A stretch of DNA of 64,000 bases from an uncultured Rikenellaceae bacterium (GTDB lineage Bacteria; Bacteroidota; Bacteroidia; Bacteroidales; VadinHA17), in the NCBI GenBank assembly GCA_964429295.1, contig CAYSBL010000001.1, positions 178,528 to 242,527 of the forward strand, read 5' to 3'. Position numbers and translations under genes: made by a program. The notes under the pieces are model-generated. The model was not told the origin of the DNA, did no database searches, and saw nothing but the letters and a program-made list of their open reading frames with translations. Below are positions 49,134-58,875 of this stretch, piece after piece (the stretch's first letter is position 1; each line of letters begins with the position of its first letter).

Positions 49134-50510
49134 TCATCTTTCCATGTGCGCCTGTCGCTGGCTGAGAGGAATATAATCACTCCTTTCATAGACATTCTTG
49201 AATGCCGGCCGGATGATCCTTTTTGCTGAGAATGTAAGCTCCTCTATCCTGTGCGTGCACCACCCCGAAACCCTGGCAATTGCAAAAAGCGGTGTGTAAA
49301 GTTCCTTTGAGATTGCAAGGCAGGAGTAGACAAAGCCTGAATAGAAGTCGACATTTATGCATAGTGTTTTTGCAGACTTTTCTCCCTTGAATATCCTGAA
49401 GACTTCCGGGGTCACTTTTTCAACAAGAGAATAGAGCTCAAACTCCTCCAGTCGTCCCTCTTCAATTGCCAGCTCCCTTGCCTTCTTTTTCAGGATTATA
49501 GCCCTCGGATCGGAAATAGTGTAAACAGCATGTCCGACTCCGTAAATCTTCCCGGAAAAATCGTTCGCCTGTTTGTTAAGAATCTTAAGCAGGTAATTCT
49601 TTACTTCCTCTTCATCCCTCCAGTCCTTCACATTTGCTTTGATATTATCCATCATTTCAAGCACCCTTACGTTGGCTCCGCCGTGCAAAGGTCCCTTGAG
49701 CGAACCTATTGCAGAGGTTACAGAAGAGTAAATATCCGTCTCTGATGAGCTTGTGACTCTCATTGTAAAAGTGGAGTTGTTTCCGCCCCCGTGTTCAGCA
49801 TGCAGCACCAGCAGAAGATCAAGGAGATCAGCCTCAAGTTTTGTAAAAGGTCTGTTGGTTCCCTTTATCAGGTAAAGAAAATTCTCAGCTGTGGTGAGTT
49901 CCGGATCAGGATGCCTGATCGACAGGGTTTTCCCCTTGTACAAGTGCCGGAGGGCCTGGTATGAATAGGCAACAATTGTCGGGAATTTGGCAATCAGGTT
50001 TAGCGACTGTCTTATCATGTTGCTGAGAGAAATGTCATCCGGACTGTCATCGAGAATGTAAAGTCCCAGGACTGACCTTGCCAGTATATTAAGTACATCC
50101 TTCCCCTTCATCGACAGGATCATATCCTTGGTGAAATCATCGGGAAGAGCCCTCAGGGTGCCCATGTAGGCTGAGAATTCATCCAGCTCGGCCTTTGAAG
50201 GCAGGTATCCTGTAAGAAGCAGAAAGACAGTCTCATCAAATCCATGCCTGTCTTCATTCTGAAATCCGGTCGTGATGTCTTCAAGATCAATCCCCCTGTA
50301 ATAAAGTTTGCCGGGAATAGGTATTACCTTACCATCCTCTTTCCTGTATCCCACAACATCACCAATGTTGGTAAGACCGACCAGAACACCTGTTCCGTCA
50401 GCATTTCGCAGACCTCTCTTGACATCCCACTTTTCAAAAAGGGTGTTGTCAATGTCACATGATCTTCTTACAGGCTCCTCAAGTTTAGAAATGATGTTGC
50501 TTCCTTCCAT
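49134..50510 (-). CDS. gltA: Citrate synthase
   Basis: 458 aa with HAEHGGGNNSTF, GVGHAVY and conserved C-terminal Arg/Asp contexts. Confidence 0.9.
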   Translation of the reverse strand: MEGSNIISKLEEPVRRSCDIDNTLFEKWDVKRGLRNADGTGVLVGLTNIGDVVGYRKEDGKVIPIPGKLYYRGIDLEDITTGFQNEDRHGFDETVFLLLTGYLPSKAELDEFSAYMGTLRALPDDFTKDMILSMKGKDVLNILARSVLGLYILDDSPDDISLSNMIRQSLNLIAKFPTIVAYSYQALRHLYKGKTLSIRHPDPELTTAENFLYLIKGTNRPFTKLEADLLDLLLVLHAEHGGGNNSTFTMRVTSSSETDIYSSVTSAIGSLKGPLHGGANVRVLEMMDNIKANVKDWRDEEEVKNYLLKILNKQANDFSGKIYGVGHAVYTISDPRAIILKKKARELAIEEGRLEEFELYSLVEKVTPEVFRIFKGEKSAKTLCINVDFYSGFVYSCLAISKELYTPLFAIARVSGWCTHRIEELTFSAKRIIRPAFKNVYERSDYIPLSQRQAHMER

Positions 50511-50527
50511 GATTACAGTCTTTTTGA

Positions 50528-51799
50528 TTAGGTGTTAATATTTGCTATCAACGCATCTCCGAATTCCGAGGTTTTCAGCAAATGCGCCCCGTCCATGAGA
50601 CGGTGAAAATCGTAGGTTACCTTCCTTTCAAGGATGGTTTTTTCAAGACTTGCATAAATGCAGGCTGCAGCTTCTCCCCAGCCAAGGTAGTCAAACATAA
50701 GGGCACCCGAAAGTATCACAGAACCGGGATTGACCTTGTCCAGACCGGCATACTTTGGCGCCGTGCCGTGTGTCGCTTCAAATACGGCATGCCCTGTCTC
50801 GTAATTAATATTCCCTCCCGGAGCAATACCTATCCCCCCTACTATCGCCGCCAGGGCATCAGAAATATAATCACCGTTAAGATTCAGTGTGGCTATTACA
50901 GAATACTCTGCCGGCCTGGTAAGTATCTGCTGGAGGAAAGCATCTGCAATAACATCCTTTATTATGACTTTGCCCTCCGATACGGCTTTCGACTGCTGTT
51001 CTTGTGCCTTCTCCTCTCCTTCCTTTGCTGAAATAGCTTTATATTGGCTCCATGTGAAGACCAAATCGCCAAACTCTCTTTCGGCCAGTGCATAGCCCCA
51101 TTTCATGAATGCACCCTCGGTGTATTTCATTATATTGCCCTTGTGAACAAGTGTCACCGAGGGTAACCTCTTCTCAATTGCAAATTTTAGAGCCTGCCTT
51201 ATGAGCCTTTCCGAACCCTCAAGAGAAACCGGTTTGATGCCTATCGATGAAGTAGCCGGAAAACGGATGGACCTTACTCCCATTTCATCAATCAGATATC
51301 TCCTTAGCTTCTCCGTGGCCGGATCACCGTGCATGTACTCTATCCCTGCATAGATATCCTCCGAGTTCTCCCTGAAGATATGCATATCAACCTTTTCAGG
51401 ATTTTTCACAGGACTCGGAACTCCGCTGAAATATCTTACCGGCCGGTAACAGACATAAAGGTCAAGCTCCTGGCGAAGAGCCACGTTCAGCGAACGCATC
51501 CCTCCTCCAACCGGAGTGGTGAGAGGCCCCTTTATCCCAACAAGGTATTCCCTGAAACTCTCAAGGGTTTCCCGGGGAAGCCACTGGCCAGTCTTTTTGA
51601 AGGCCTTCTCTCCTGCCAGAACTTCCATCCATTCGATTCGCTTTTTTCCGCCATAGGCTTTTGCCACTGCAGCATCCAAAACCCTAACAGCTGAATTCCA
51701 GATATCCGGCCCCGTTCCATCACCCTCAATAAAGGGAATCACAGGGTTATCAGGAACTTCAAGCCTGCCGTTTATATGTCTGATCTTCTGAGGACTCAT
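50528..51799 (-). CDS. icd: NADP-dependent isocitrate dehydrogenase (prokaryotic homodimeric type)
   Basis: Near-colinear with E. coli Icd as I remember it: [57 protein letters not shown] and [13 protein letters not shown]. Confidence 0.95.
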   Translation of the reverse strand: MSPQKIRHINGRLEVPDNPVIPFIEGDGTGPDIWNSAVRVLDAAVAKAYGGKKRIEWMEVLAGEKAFKKTGQWLPRETLESFREYLVGIKGPLTTPVGGGMRSLNVALRQELDLYVCYRPVRYFSGVPSPVKNPEKVDMHIFRENSEDIYAGIEYMHGDPATEKLRRYLIDEMGVRSIRFPATSSIGIKPVSLEGSERLIRQALKFAIEKRLPSVTLVHKGNIMKYTEGAFMKWGYALAEREFGDLVFTWSQYKAISAKEGEEKAQEQQSKAVSEGKVIIKDVIADAFLQQILTRPAEYSVIATLNLNGDYISDALAAIVGGIGIAPGGNINYETGHAVFEATHGTAPKYAGLDKVNPGSVILSGALMFDYLGWGEAAACIYASLEKTILERKVTYDFHRLMDGAHLLKTSEFGDALIANINT

Positions 51800-51860
51800 A
51801 TTTAATGTCTTGATAATCTTATGATTCTAATAATCTATAATCTTCTTTTATTTAGATTTA

Positions 51861-51937
51861 ACCCCCTTTCCCGTTTCCCCCAAGGGGGAAAAGCTTTGTC
51901 TGCTCCTTCCCCTCTGGGGGAAGGTTGGGAAGGGGGT
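51861..51937. other. G/C-rich nested stem-loop element in the acn-icd spacer (outer stem enclosing two hairpins)
   Basis: The outer stem is ACCCCCTT (51861-51868) paired with AAGGGGGT (51930-51937). Hairpin 1 is TTTCCCCC-AA-GGGGGAAA (51874-51891). Hairpin 2 is CCTTCCCC-TCTG-GGGGAAGG (51905-51924). All stems are perfect 8-mers. Confidence 0.55.
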
Positions 51938-51984
51938 ATTTATCAATTTATGTTATTCATCGTTGCCAACAGTCATTTAAAATA

Positions 51985-54243
51985 CTAAGCATTCGCTTTT
52001 CTTATCAGATTCAGGGCGCTTCCAGCCCTGAACCATGCAATCTGGTTTTCATTGTATGAATGAAGTGCATCGATGAATTCAACGGTTTCATCAGAGTGAT
52101 GCACTTCAATCCTGAACCTGCTTCCCGGAACGAACCTGTCAAACCCTCCGACACTGAACCAGTCATCCTCCCTGATCCTTTCATAATCAGCAGGATCGGC
52201 AAAAGTGAGCGTCAGAACACCCTGTTTCTTCAGGTTCGTCTCATGAATGCGGGCAAACGATTTCACAATGATAATCCTGACACCAAAGAACCTGGGTTCC
52301 ATGGCAGCATGCTCGCGCGATGATCCTTCGCCGAAATTTTCCTCTCCCACCACCACCATACCCAGATTGTTGTTGCGGTAATTCCCTGCAACTTCGGGTA
52401 CCGGCCCGTATTCCCTTGTGAATATGTTCAACACCGAATTTACAGTGTTGCTGAAGGCATTAACGGCACCAATCATGTAATTGCCTGATATATTTTCAAG
52501 ATGTCCCCTGTACCTTAGCCAGGGCCCTGCCATAGAAATATGATCGGTGGTGCATTTTCCCCTGACCTTGATAAGCAGCGGCATATTATGAAACCCGCTC
52601 TCATCAAACTCCGGAAACGGCTTAATCATTTGAAGCCGCTCCGAACCGGCAGATATGCTTACCTTAATACTTTTCCTGTCAGCCGGTGGGGTCCTGTACC
52701 CGGGAGGCGGTCCATCCTGAACTACCGGAGGAAGTGTACCTCCTTCAGGCTCAGGAAGCCTTATAAGCTTCCTTTCGGGGCTCAATACCATGTCGGTCAT
52801 CGGATTGAACATTAGACTGCCTGCGACCGACAGTGCAGCTACTATTTCAGGAGATGCCACAAAAGCATGGGTGTCGGGATTGCCGTCGGCCCTCCTGGCA
52901 AAATTCCTGTTAAAGGAATGTACTATTGAATTGCGCCCTTTATCTTCCCCTCTGTCCCACTGTCCGATACACGGGCCGCAGGCATTTGCAAAAAGCCTGG
53001 CTCCTGCCCTCCTGAAAACATCCATCAGACCGGCCTCCTCCGATATCATCCTGACTTTCTCCGAACCTGGTATTACAATGAATTCCGATTTCACCTTCAG
53101 GTTCCGCTGAAGCGCATTGTCTATTACCGATGCCGCCCTCGACAGATCCTCAAACGACGAATTTGTGCATGAACCGATCAACCCGGCGCTCAGCCTGAGG
53201 GGCCATCCGTTCCTTACTGCCTCCTCCTTCATCTTCGAGATCGGGATTGCACGGTCGGGAGTAAAAGGACCGTTAATATGAGGCTCAAGCGACGACAGAT
53301 CAATAACGATAACCTGATCATAAAATTTTTCAGGATCTGCCAGCACTTCAGGATCTGCTGTCAGATGTTTACTATTTGCCATGGCCAGGGCAGCCACTTC
53401 CTCCCTGCCCGTGGAAACAAGATATTCAATCATTGAATCATCGAGTCCGAAAACAGAACATGTGGCTCCTGTCTCGGCTCCCATGTTGCAGATCGTCGCT
53501 TTTCCCGTGCACGACAACGATTCAGCTCCTTCGCCGAAATATTCGATAACCGATCCCGTACCTCCCTTCACCGTCAGCAATCCTGCCAGACGGAGAATGA
53601 TATCCTTGGCTGAAGCCCATCCGCTTAGCTTTCCGGTGAGCTTCACTCCTGTTATGCCGGGAAGCCTGAGCTCCCATCCCATCCCGGTCATAACATCAAC
53701 TGCATCGGCACCCCCGACACCCGGGGCTAACATCCCCAGACCGCCGGCAGTAGGTGTGTGTGAGTCGGTGCCGATCATCAGTCCCCCCGGAAAAGCATAG
53801 TTCTCAAGCACAACCTGATGTATTATCCCTGCCCCTGGTTCCCAGAAACCTATATTGTACTTTGCAGAAACTGAACTTAGAAAATCATAAACTTCCCTGT
53901 TTGAACCAAGAGCCGTATGCAAATCTTCCTCAGCCCCAAGTCTCCCTGTGATAAGATGATCGCAGTGAACCGAAGCCGGAACCTCCGACTGGTCCTTTCC
54001 TGTCACCATAAACTGCAAAAGGGCCATCTGGGCTGTTGCATCCTGCATGGCAACCCTGTCAGGACTAAATAAGGCATAGTCTTTCTTTCTTTTCATCGCA
54101 GCAGCCTGCGACAGGTCGTCCAGATGGTTGAACAGTATCTTTTCTGTCAGAGTAAGAGGACGGCCGGCAGCATTCCTCACATCTTTCATCCTCCCGGGAA
54201 GCGACTGGTAAAAGGTCTTAATTATGTCAATATCAAGGATCAT
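51985..54243 (-). CDS. acnA: Aconitate hydratase (mitochondrial-type, ~750 aa)
   Basis: 752 aa with [12 protein letters not shown], the Fe-S ligand contexts GSCTNSS and [11 protein letters not shown], and a C-terminal swivel domain. Confidence 0.92.
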   Translation of the reverse strand: MILDIDIIKTFYQSLPGRMKDVRNAAGRPLTLTEKILFNHLDDLSQAAAMKRKKDYALFSPDRVAMQDATAQMALLQFMVTGKDQSEVPASVHCDHLITGRLGAEEDLHTALGSNREVYDFLSSVSAKYNIGFWEPGAGIIHQVVLENYAFPGGLMIGTDSHTPTAGGLGMLAPGVGGADAVDVMTGMGWELRLPGITGVKLTGKLSGWASAKDIILRLAGLLTVKGGTGSVIEYFGEGAESLSCTGKATICNMGAETGATCSVFGLDDSMIEYLVSTGREEVAALAMANSKHLTADPEVLADPEKFYDQVIVIDLSSLEPHINGPFTPDRAIPISKMKEEAVRNGWPLRLSAGLIGSCTNSSFEDLSRAASVIDNALQRNLKVKSEFIVIPGSEKVRMISEEAGLMDVFRRAGARLFANACGPCIGQWDRGEDKGRNSIVHSFNRNFARRADGNPDTHAFVASPEIVAALSVAGSLMFNPMTDMVLSPERKLIRLPEPEGGTLPPVVQDGPPPGYRTPPADRKSIKVSISAGSERLQMIKPFPEFDESGFHNMPLLIKVRGKCTTDHISMAGPWLRYRGHLENISGNYMIGAVNAFSNTVNSVLNIFTREYGPVPEVAGNYRNNNLGMVVVGEENFGEGSSREHAAMEPRFFGVRIIIVKSFARIHETNLKKQGVLTLTFADPADYERIREDDWFSVGGFDRFVPGSRFRIEVHHSDETVEFIDALHSYNENQIAWFRAGSALNLIRKANA

Positions 54244-54259
54244 GATTCACTAATTCATT

Positions 54260-55513
54260 TTATGGTTTCCTCACGTGTCCTTCCCCCCTGATTATCCACT
54301 TGTAGGTGGTCAGCTCTCTTAAAGCCATCGGCCCCCTGGCATGAAGCTTCTGAGTAGATATTCCTATTTCCGCGCCAAGTCCGAATTCACCGCCGTCGGT
54401 AAAGGCAGTGGATGCATTTGAATAAACAGATGAGGCGTCAACATGTTTGAAAAAAAGGCCGGTCCGTTCACTGTTCTCCGAAATAATCGCCTCGCTGTGC
54501 CTTGAACCATACTTTTCTATATGCTCAAGAGCATCCTCCATGTCCCTGGCTGTTTTTACCGACATTCTCAGCGAAAGAAACTCGGTTCCGAACGACTCTT
54601 CCGTTGCATTCTTGAGCAGCTCCTGCGGATATTTCCCCTTCAGGGCTTCAAAAGCCCTGCTGTCCGCAAAGACTTCCACCCCCGAACCTGCACACAGTTC
54701 AGTAAGGCAGGGCAGATCAGCCAGGCGGCTTTCATGTATTATCAGACAATCAAGAGCATTGCATACGCTTACCCTCCTTGTCTTGGCGTTGTGAATTATA
54801 ATGCGGCCCTTTTCAATATCTCCGTATTCATCAAAATATGTGTGGCAGATCCCTGCACCGGTCTCGATCACAGGTATTTCAGAATTCTCCCTCACAAAAT
54901 CGATCAGGCTCCTGCTTCCCCTCGGAATGATAAGATCAACATATTTCCTGGCCTTGAGAAGAAGGATCGTCTCTTCGCGCCCCGGAGGAAGCAGTGTCAG
55001 TATATCCTGACTGACACTGAATTCGGCAAGCACATCCTTAATAACCCGCGTTATTGCAAGGTTCGAGTTGATGGCATCACTGCCCCCCTTTAGGATACAG
55101 ACATTTCCCGATTTCAGGCAGAGCGAAAAAACATCAAAAGTAACATTCGGCCTGGCTTCATAGATTATCCCGACGACACCGAAAGGAACGGAAATCCTGT
55201 TGATCCGGAGGCCATCAGTTCTGGTATATTCCGATAGTACATGTCCGAGAGGAGATTCCATCGCCGCCACTTTCATGATATCCGACGATATGGCCCTTAT
55301 CCTGTCTTCATCAAGCAAAAGTCTGTCGTACAATGGATTATTCTTATCCATCCGGGCCAGGTCGCGCGCATTTTCCGACAGAATGAAATCCATCCTTTTC
55401 ACAGTCTCTTCTGAAAGCTTTTCAAGAATACCGTTGATGGTTTCCGGACTGAGGACATTCAGTGACCTTCTCGCGGCCGATGCATTAATAAGTATTTTCT
55501 CAATTCCCGTCAT
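54260..55513 (-). CDS. proA: Glutamate-5-semialdehyde dehydrogenase (gamma-glutamyl phosphate reductase)
   Basis: 417 aa from the aldehyde-dehydrogenase superfamily, with [12 protein letters not shown], the catalytic Cys context VCNALDCLI, and HSEAI. Confidence 0.9.
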   Translation of the reverse strand: MTGIEKILINASAARRSLNVLSPETINGILEKLSEETVKRMDFILSENARDLARMDKNNPLYDRLLLDEDRIRAISSDIMKVAAMESPLGHVLSEYTRTDGLRINRISVPFGVVGIIYEARPNVTFDVFSLCLKSGNVCILKGGSDAINSNLAITRVIKDVLAEFSVSQDILTLLPPGREETILLLKARKYVDLIIPRGSRSLIDFVRENSEIPVIETGAGICHTYFDEYGDIEKGRIIIHNAKTRRVSVCNALDCLIIHESRLADLPCLTELCAGSGVEVFADSRAFEALKGKYPQELLKNATEESFGTEFLSLRMSVKTARDMEDALEHIEKYGSRHSEAIISENSERTGLFFKHVDASSVYSNASTAFTDGGEFGLGAEIGISTQKLHARGPMALRELTTYKWIIRGEGHVRKP

Positions 55514-55531
55514 ATCAGTTTACCATTTCTG

Positions 55532-56650
55532 TCAGGAGACAAACCCGTTCTTCAGTTCATCATTCAAAACGAGGTAGTGGTAGTGTATAAATGGTCTGGG
55601 AAGCCTGGTCCCAATACTTTGTTCCGCCTTCCGGGAGTCGTAGGCTGTTTTTCCAAGGCCTATGCTGCTGCCATTCTCATCAATTATCCTCACAATGTCA
55701 CCTTTCTCAAAATATCCTTCAACTCCTGTTATTCCGACCATTAAAAGACTTGAAGCCCGGTCGGCAAGAAGAGCATCCCTTGCGCCCTTGTTTACAACAA
55801 CAGCTCCCCTCGCGAAAGTGTCCGAATGATAAAGCCACTTTTTCACACTTTTTGGCCGGCCGTTGCATCTCCTGATCCTCGTGTAGGGAACATCCCTCCC
55901 CCTGAGAATATCGAGTACGACAGAATCGCGGTTGCCATTGGCAATGAATACATCAACACCCTCGGATGCAATTTTCCTTGCCGTCGCATACTTTGTAAGC
56001 ATGCCTCCCCTTCCAAAGCCCGACTTTGAGTTTGTTATAAACTGTTCGGGATTGACTGTGCTGTCGCTTACCTCCCTTATTATTTCCACACCGGCATTGC
56101 CGGGAATGCCATTGAAAATCCCGTCGACGTTGGAAAGCAGAAAGAGCGCCTCGCTGTCCATCATGGAAGCTATCATGCCCGACAACTCGTCGTTATCGGT
56201 GAACATCAGCTCATTTATAGCAACCGTATCATTTTCATTAACAACTGGCAGCACCTTGTTCTCAAGCATTGCCGAAATGCAGTTCTTCATGTTCAGGTAA
56301 TGCCTCCGGTCGCTGAAACCTTCCTTCGTTGCCAGTACCTGCCCGGCGATGATGTTGTATTTTTCAAACAGGAACTGGTAGGTCGACATGAGTTTCACCT
56401 GCCCTATGGCAGCCCATATCTGCTTGGCGGATACAATGTTTGTCCTCTTTGCCGGTACCACCGAGCCGCGACCTGCCGCAACCGCTCCCGAAGAAATCAG
56501 AATTACCTCAAGACCCTGCTTGGCCAGCACTGAAATATCCTCCACTATCCTTAACATCCGGCCCACATTCAGTGTGCCGTCTTCACGAGTGATCACATTA
56601 CTCCCTACCTTGATTGCAATCTTCCTGTATTTCCAGTCACCAGTTTTCAA
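55532..56650 (-). CDS. proB: Glutamate 5-kinase with a C-terminal PUA domain
   Basis: 372 aa with IKVGSNVIT, ILISSGAVAAG, FTDNDELS, and a PUA-like C-terminus (GDIVRIIDENGSSIGLG). Confidence 0.9.
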   Translation of the reverse strand: MKTGDWKYRKIAIKVGSNVITREDGTLNVGRMLRIVEDISVLAKQGLEVILISSGAVAAGRGSVVPAKRTNIVSAKQIWAAIGQVKLMSTYQFLFEKYNIIAGQVLATKEGFSDRRHYLNMKNCISAMLENKVLPVVNENDTVAINELMFTDNDELSGMIASMMDSEALFLLSNVDGIFNGIPGNAGVEIIREVSDSTVNPEQFITNSKSGFGRGGMLTKYATARKIASEGVDVFIANGNRDSVVLDILRGRDVPYTRIRRCNGRPKSVKKWLYHSDTFARGAVVVNKGARDALLADRASSLLMVGITGVEGYFEKGDIVRIIDENGSSIGLGKTAYDSRKAEQSIGTRLPRPFIHYHYLVLNDELKNGFVS

Positions 56651-56688
56651 TTTGATATTTTTTTATGCTTTCCTGAAAATTTTCGGCG

Positions 56689-56696
56689 CAAAAATA
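56689..56696 (-). promoter_or_regulatory. Candidate -7 promoter box (TATTTTTG on the minus strand) for proB and downstream genes
   Basis: The plus strand reads CAAAAATA, which is TAnnTTTG on the minus strand, 39-46 nt upstream of the proB ATG. Confidence 0.35.
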
Positions 56697-56949
56697 ATAG
56701 TTTTTATTAATATATTAAACTAATATAGAGTTTTATAAACATCTCTGTAAACTGACCATAGCAGTCCTCTCAGGTTTTTACCGGAATACCGAAACAGAAT
56801 GACAATTAATAGAACGTCGTCCTGTAATTTGATTTCAGTTTAATACTGCCAAAACCTGCTAGCCTGACAATTATCTGTTATTTTTACAATTTACAGAAAA
56901 TGACCGGCATTTTGCCATGTATAAGGAGTTATTTTAAATAACCACAACT

Positions 56950-58797
56950 ATGAAGTATTATAAATTGTTGATTATTGCACAGATAGCTGCTCTGGTTGCG
57001 GCAACGGCCGGTTCATGCAAAAAAACAGGCGATGTTCAGATCTCAGGCGGGCTGAAACAATGGCATACAGTAACCCTGACATTTGAAGGACCCGAATCCG
57101 GGGAATATGACACCCTGAATCCTTTCACTGATTACCGCCTGGATGCAGAATTTACAAACGGCACCAGCTCCTTTCTCGTTCCGGGATATTTCGCAGCCGA
57201 TGGAAATGCCGCGGAGACATCAGCAAATTCCGGGAATAAATGGCGGGTGAAATTCTGTCCTCCTGCCCCTGGTGAATGGACTTACAAGATCAGCTTTGCA
57301 AAAGGAAGAAATATTGCAGTATCGGACAATACCGGATCAGCCGTGAAGCTTTATCCCGATGGTGTAACAGGAACTCTTGAAATTTCAGGAACAGACAATA
57401 ATTCTCCCGGTTTCCTTTCAAAAGGCAGACTGAAATATGACGGAACACGCTACCTGAAACTCGAAGGGACCGGTGAAATTTTTCTGAAAGGAGGCGCCGA
57501 CAGCCCGGAGAATTTCCTGGCTTACAGGGAATTCGACGGGACATACTACGGCGGAAACAATAAGGCAAGAAGCGGAGAAGCTGATCCAAACCAGGGATTG
57601 CACCTGTATGAACCTCATATTGCCGACTGGAAAGAAGGCGATCCTCAATGGAAAAACGGCAGGGGAAAAGGGATAATAGGAGCCCTGAATTATCTTTCAT
57701 CGAAAGGAATGAACAGCTTTTACTTTCTCACACTGAATATACTGGGCGACGGCGAGGATGTATGGCCCTACACTGACCGCAATGAACGATACCGCTTCGA
57801 TGTAAGCAAGCTCGATCAGTGGGATTTGGTTTTTTCCCATGCCGACATGCTTGGAATTATGATGCATTTCGTCCTCCAGGAAACAGAAAATGAATGCCTC
57901 CTCGATTGCGGTTACCTTGATGTTCAGAGAAAGCTTTACCTGAGGGAACTGATAGCCAGATTCTCGCATCACCTTGCAATTACATGGAACCTCGGGGAAG
58001 AACATCATGCCATTGAATGGTCACCTTACGGACAGACTTACGCTGATACGAAAAAAATGGCTGACTACATGCGGGATCTGGATCCGTATGACAATTTCAT
58101 AGTGATTCACACCCACTCAGATCCAATCCAAAGAATTAAAAAAATGTCAGAATATCTTGGATTTAAATCAGTTGAGGGCCCTTCAATTCAATGCGGAAAT
58201 GTGGATGAAGTTCACGAGGATGCAATCCATTGGATTGAAAGTTCAGGCTATGCTTTGCACCAGTGGGTGGTCTGCATAGACGAGATTGGCCAGCACTGGA
58301 AAGGCGCCCTGCCTGACTCGTTCGATCCCGGCCACGATACAATAAGACATAAAGTCCTTTGGGGTAACCTTATGGCCGGAGGAGCCGGAGTGGAATGGTA
58401 CTTCGGATATCAGTACCCCAATTCAGACCTTAGCTGTGAGGACTGGAGAAGCCGTGACAAACTGTGGGATCAAACCCGGACGGCTTTGGATTTCTTCCAT
58501 AAGCACCTGCCTTTACATGAGATGACCAGCGCTGATGGACTTACCAGAGCAACTGACGATTACTGCTTTGCGAAGACCGGCGAAACTTATGCAGTATATC
58601 TTCCTGAAGGAAAGACGACGGAAATACTTCTTCCATCAGGCGATTTCAGAGTATCCTGGTTCAACCCACGTACAGGGGGAGAATTAATGACCGGAACCAT
58701 TGACAGAATAAGCGGCACCGGATATTCTTCCATCGGATTTCCCCCCGGTGATCCCGGTAAGGATTGGGTGTGCCTCATAAAACGTATTCAATCCTGA
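56950..58797 (+). CDS. Putative glycoside hydrolase lipoprotein (DUF5060-type N-terminal beta-sandwich plus TIM-barrel GH5-like core)
   Basis: Lipobox AATAGSC. The N-terminus WHTVTLTFEGP...YRLDAEFTNG...VPGYFAADGNA...WRVKFCPPAPGEWTY matches my memory of DUF5060. The central region has cellulase-like NLGEE/IDEIG contexts. The family assignment comes from memory only. Confidence 0.5.
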   Translation: MKYYKLLIIAQIAALVAATAGSCKKTGDVQISGGLKQWHTVTLTFEGPESGEYDTLNPFTDYRLDAEFTNGTSSFLVPGYFAADGNAAETSANSGNKWRVKFCPPAPGEWTYKISFAKGRNIAVSDNTGSAVKLYPDGVTGTLEISGTDNNSPGFLSKGRLKYDGTRYLKLEGTGEIFLKGGADSPENFLAYREFDGTYYGGNNKARSGEADPNQGLHLYEPHIADWKEGDPQWKNGRGKGIIGALNYLSSKGMNSFYFLTLNILGDGEDVWPYTDRNERYRFDVSKLDQWDLVFSHADMLGIMMHFVLQETENECLLDCGYLDVQRKLYLRELIARFSHHLAITWNLGEEHHAIEWSPYGQTYADTKKMADYMRDLDPYDNFIVIHTHSDPIQRIKKMSEYLGFKSVEGPSIQCGNVDEVHEDAIHWIESSGYALHQWVVCIDEIGQHWKGALPDSFDPGHDTIRHKVLWGNLMAGGAGVEWYFGYQYPNSDLSCEDWRSRDKLWDQTRTALDFFHKHLPLHEMTSADGLTRATDDYCFAKTGETYAVYLPEGKTTEILLPSGDFRVSWFNPRTGGELMTGTIDRISGTGYSSIGFPPGDPGKDWVCLIKRIQS

Positions 58798-58875
58798 AAT
58801 CAGGAGCCGCCGGCAAGAGGCTGAAGGAGATATCTTTTTGATATATTATTATATCATAATAATATCTTTTTAATA

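Noticed and set aside
54521-55093. 190-aa ORF, and neighbouring 115-125-aa ORFs, antisense to proA and proB
   Set aside because: These are shadow frames inside highly conserved proA/proB coding sequence, with no independent motif support.
58798-58875. AT-rich spacer with several short GATATC-type palindromes and two ATATCTTTTT repeats, considered as a possible IS end or att site
   Set aside because: It has only 6-bp palindromes and a 10-nt direct repeat in very AT-rich DNA. There is no adjacent recombinase and no long terminal inverted repeats. It is most likely a simple convergent-gene spacer.
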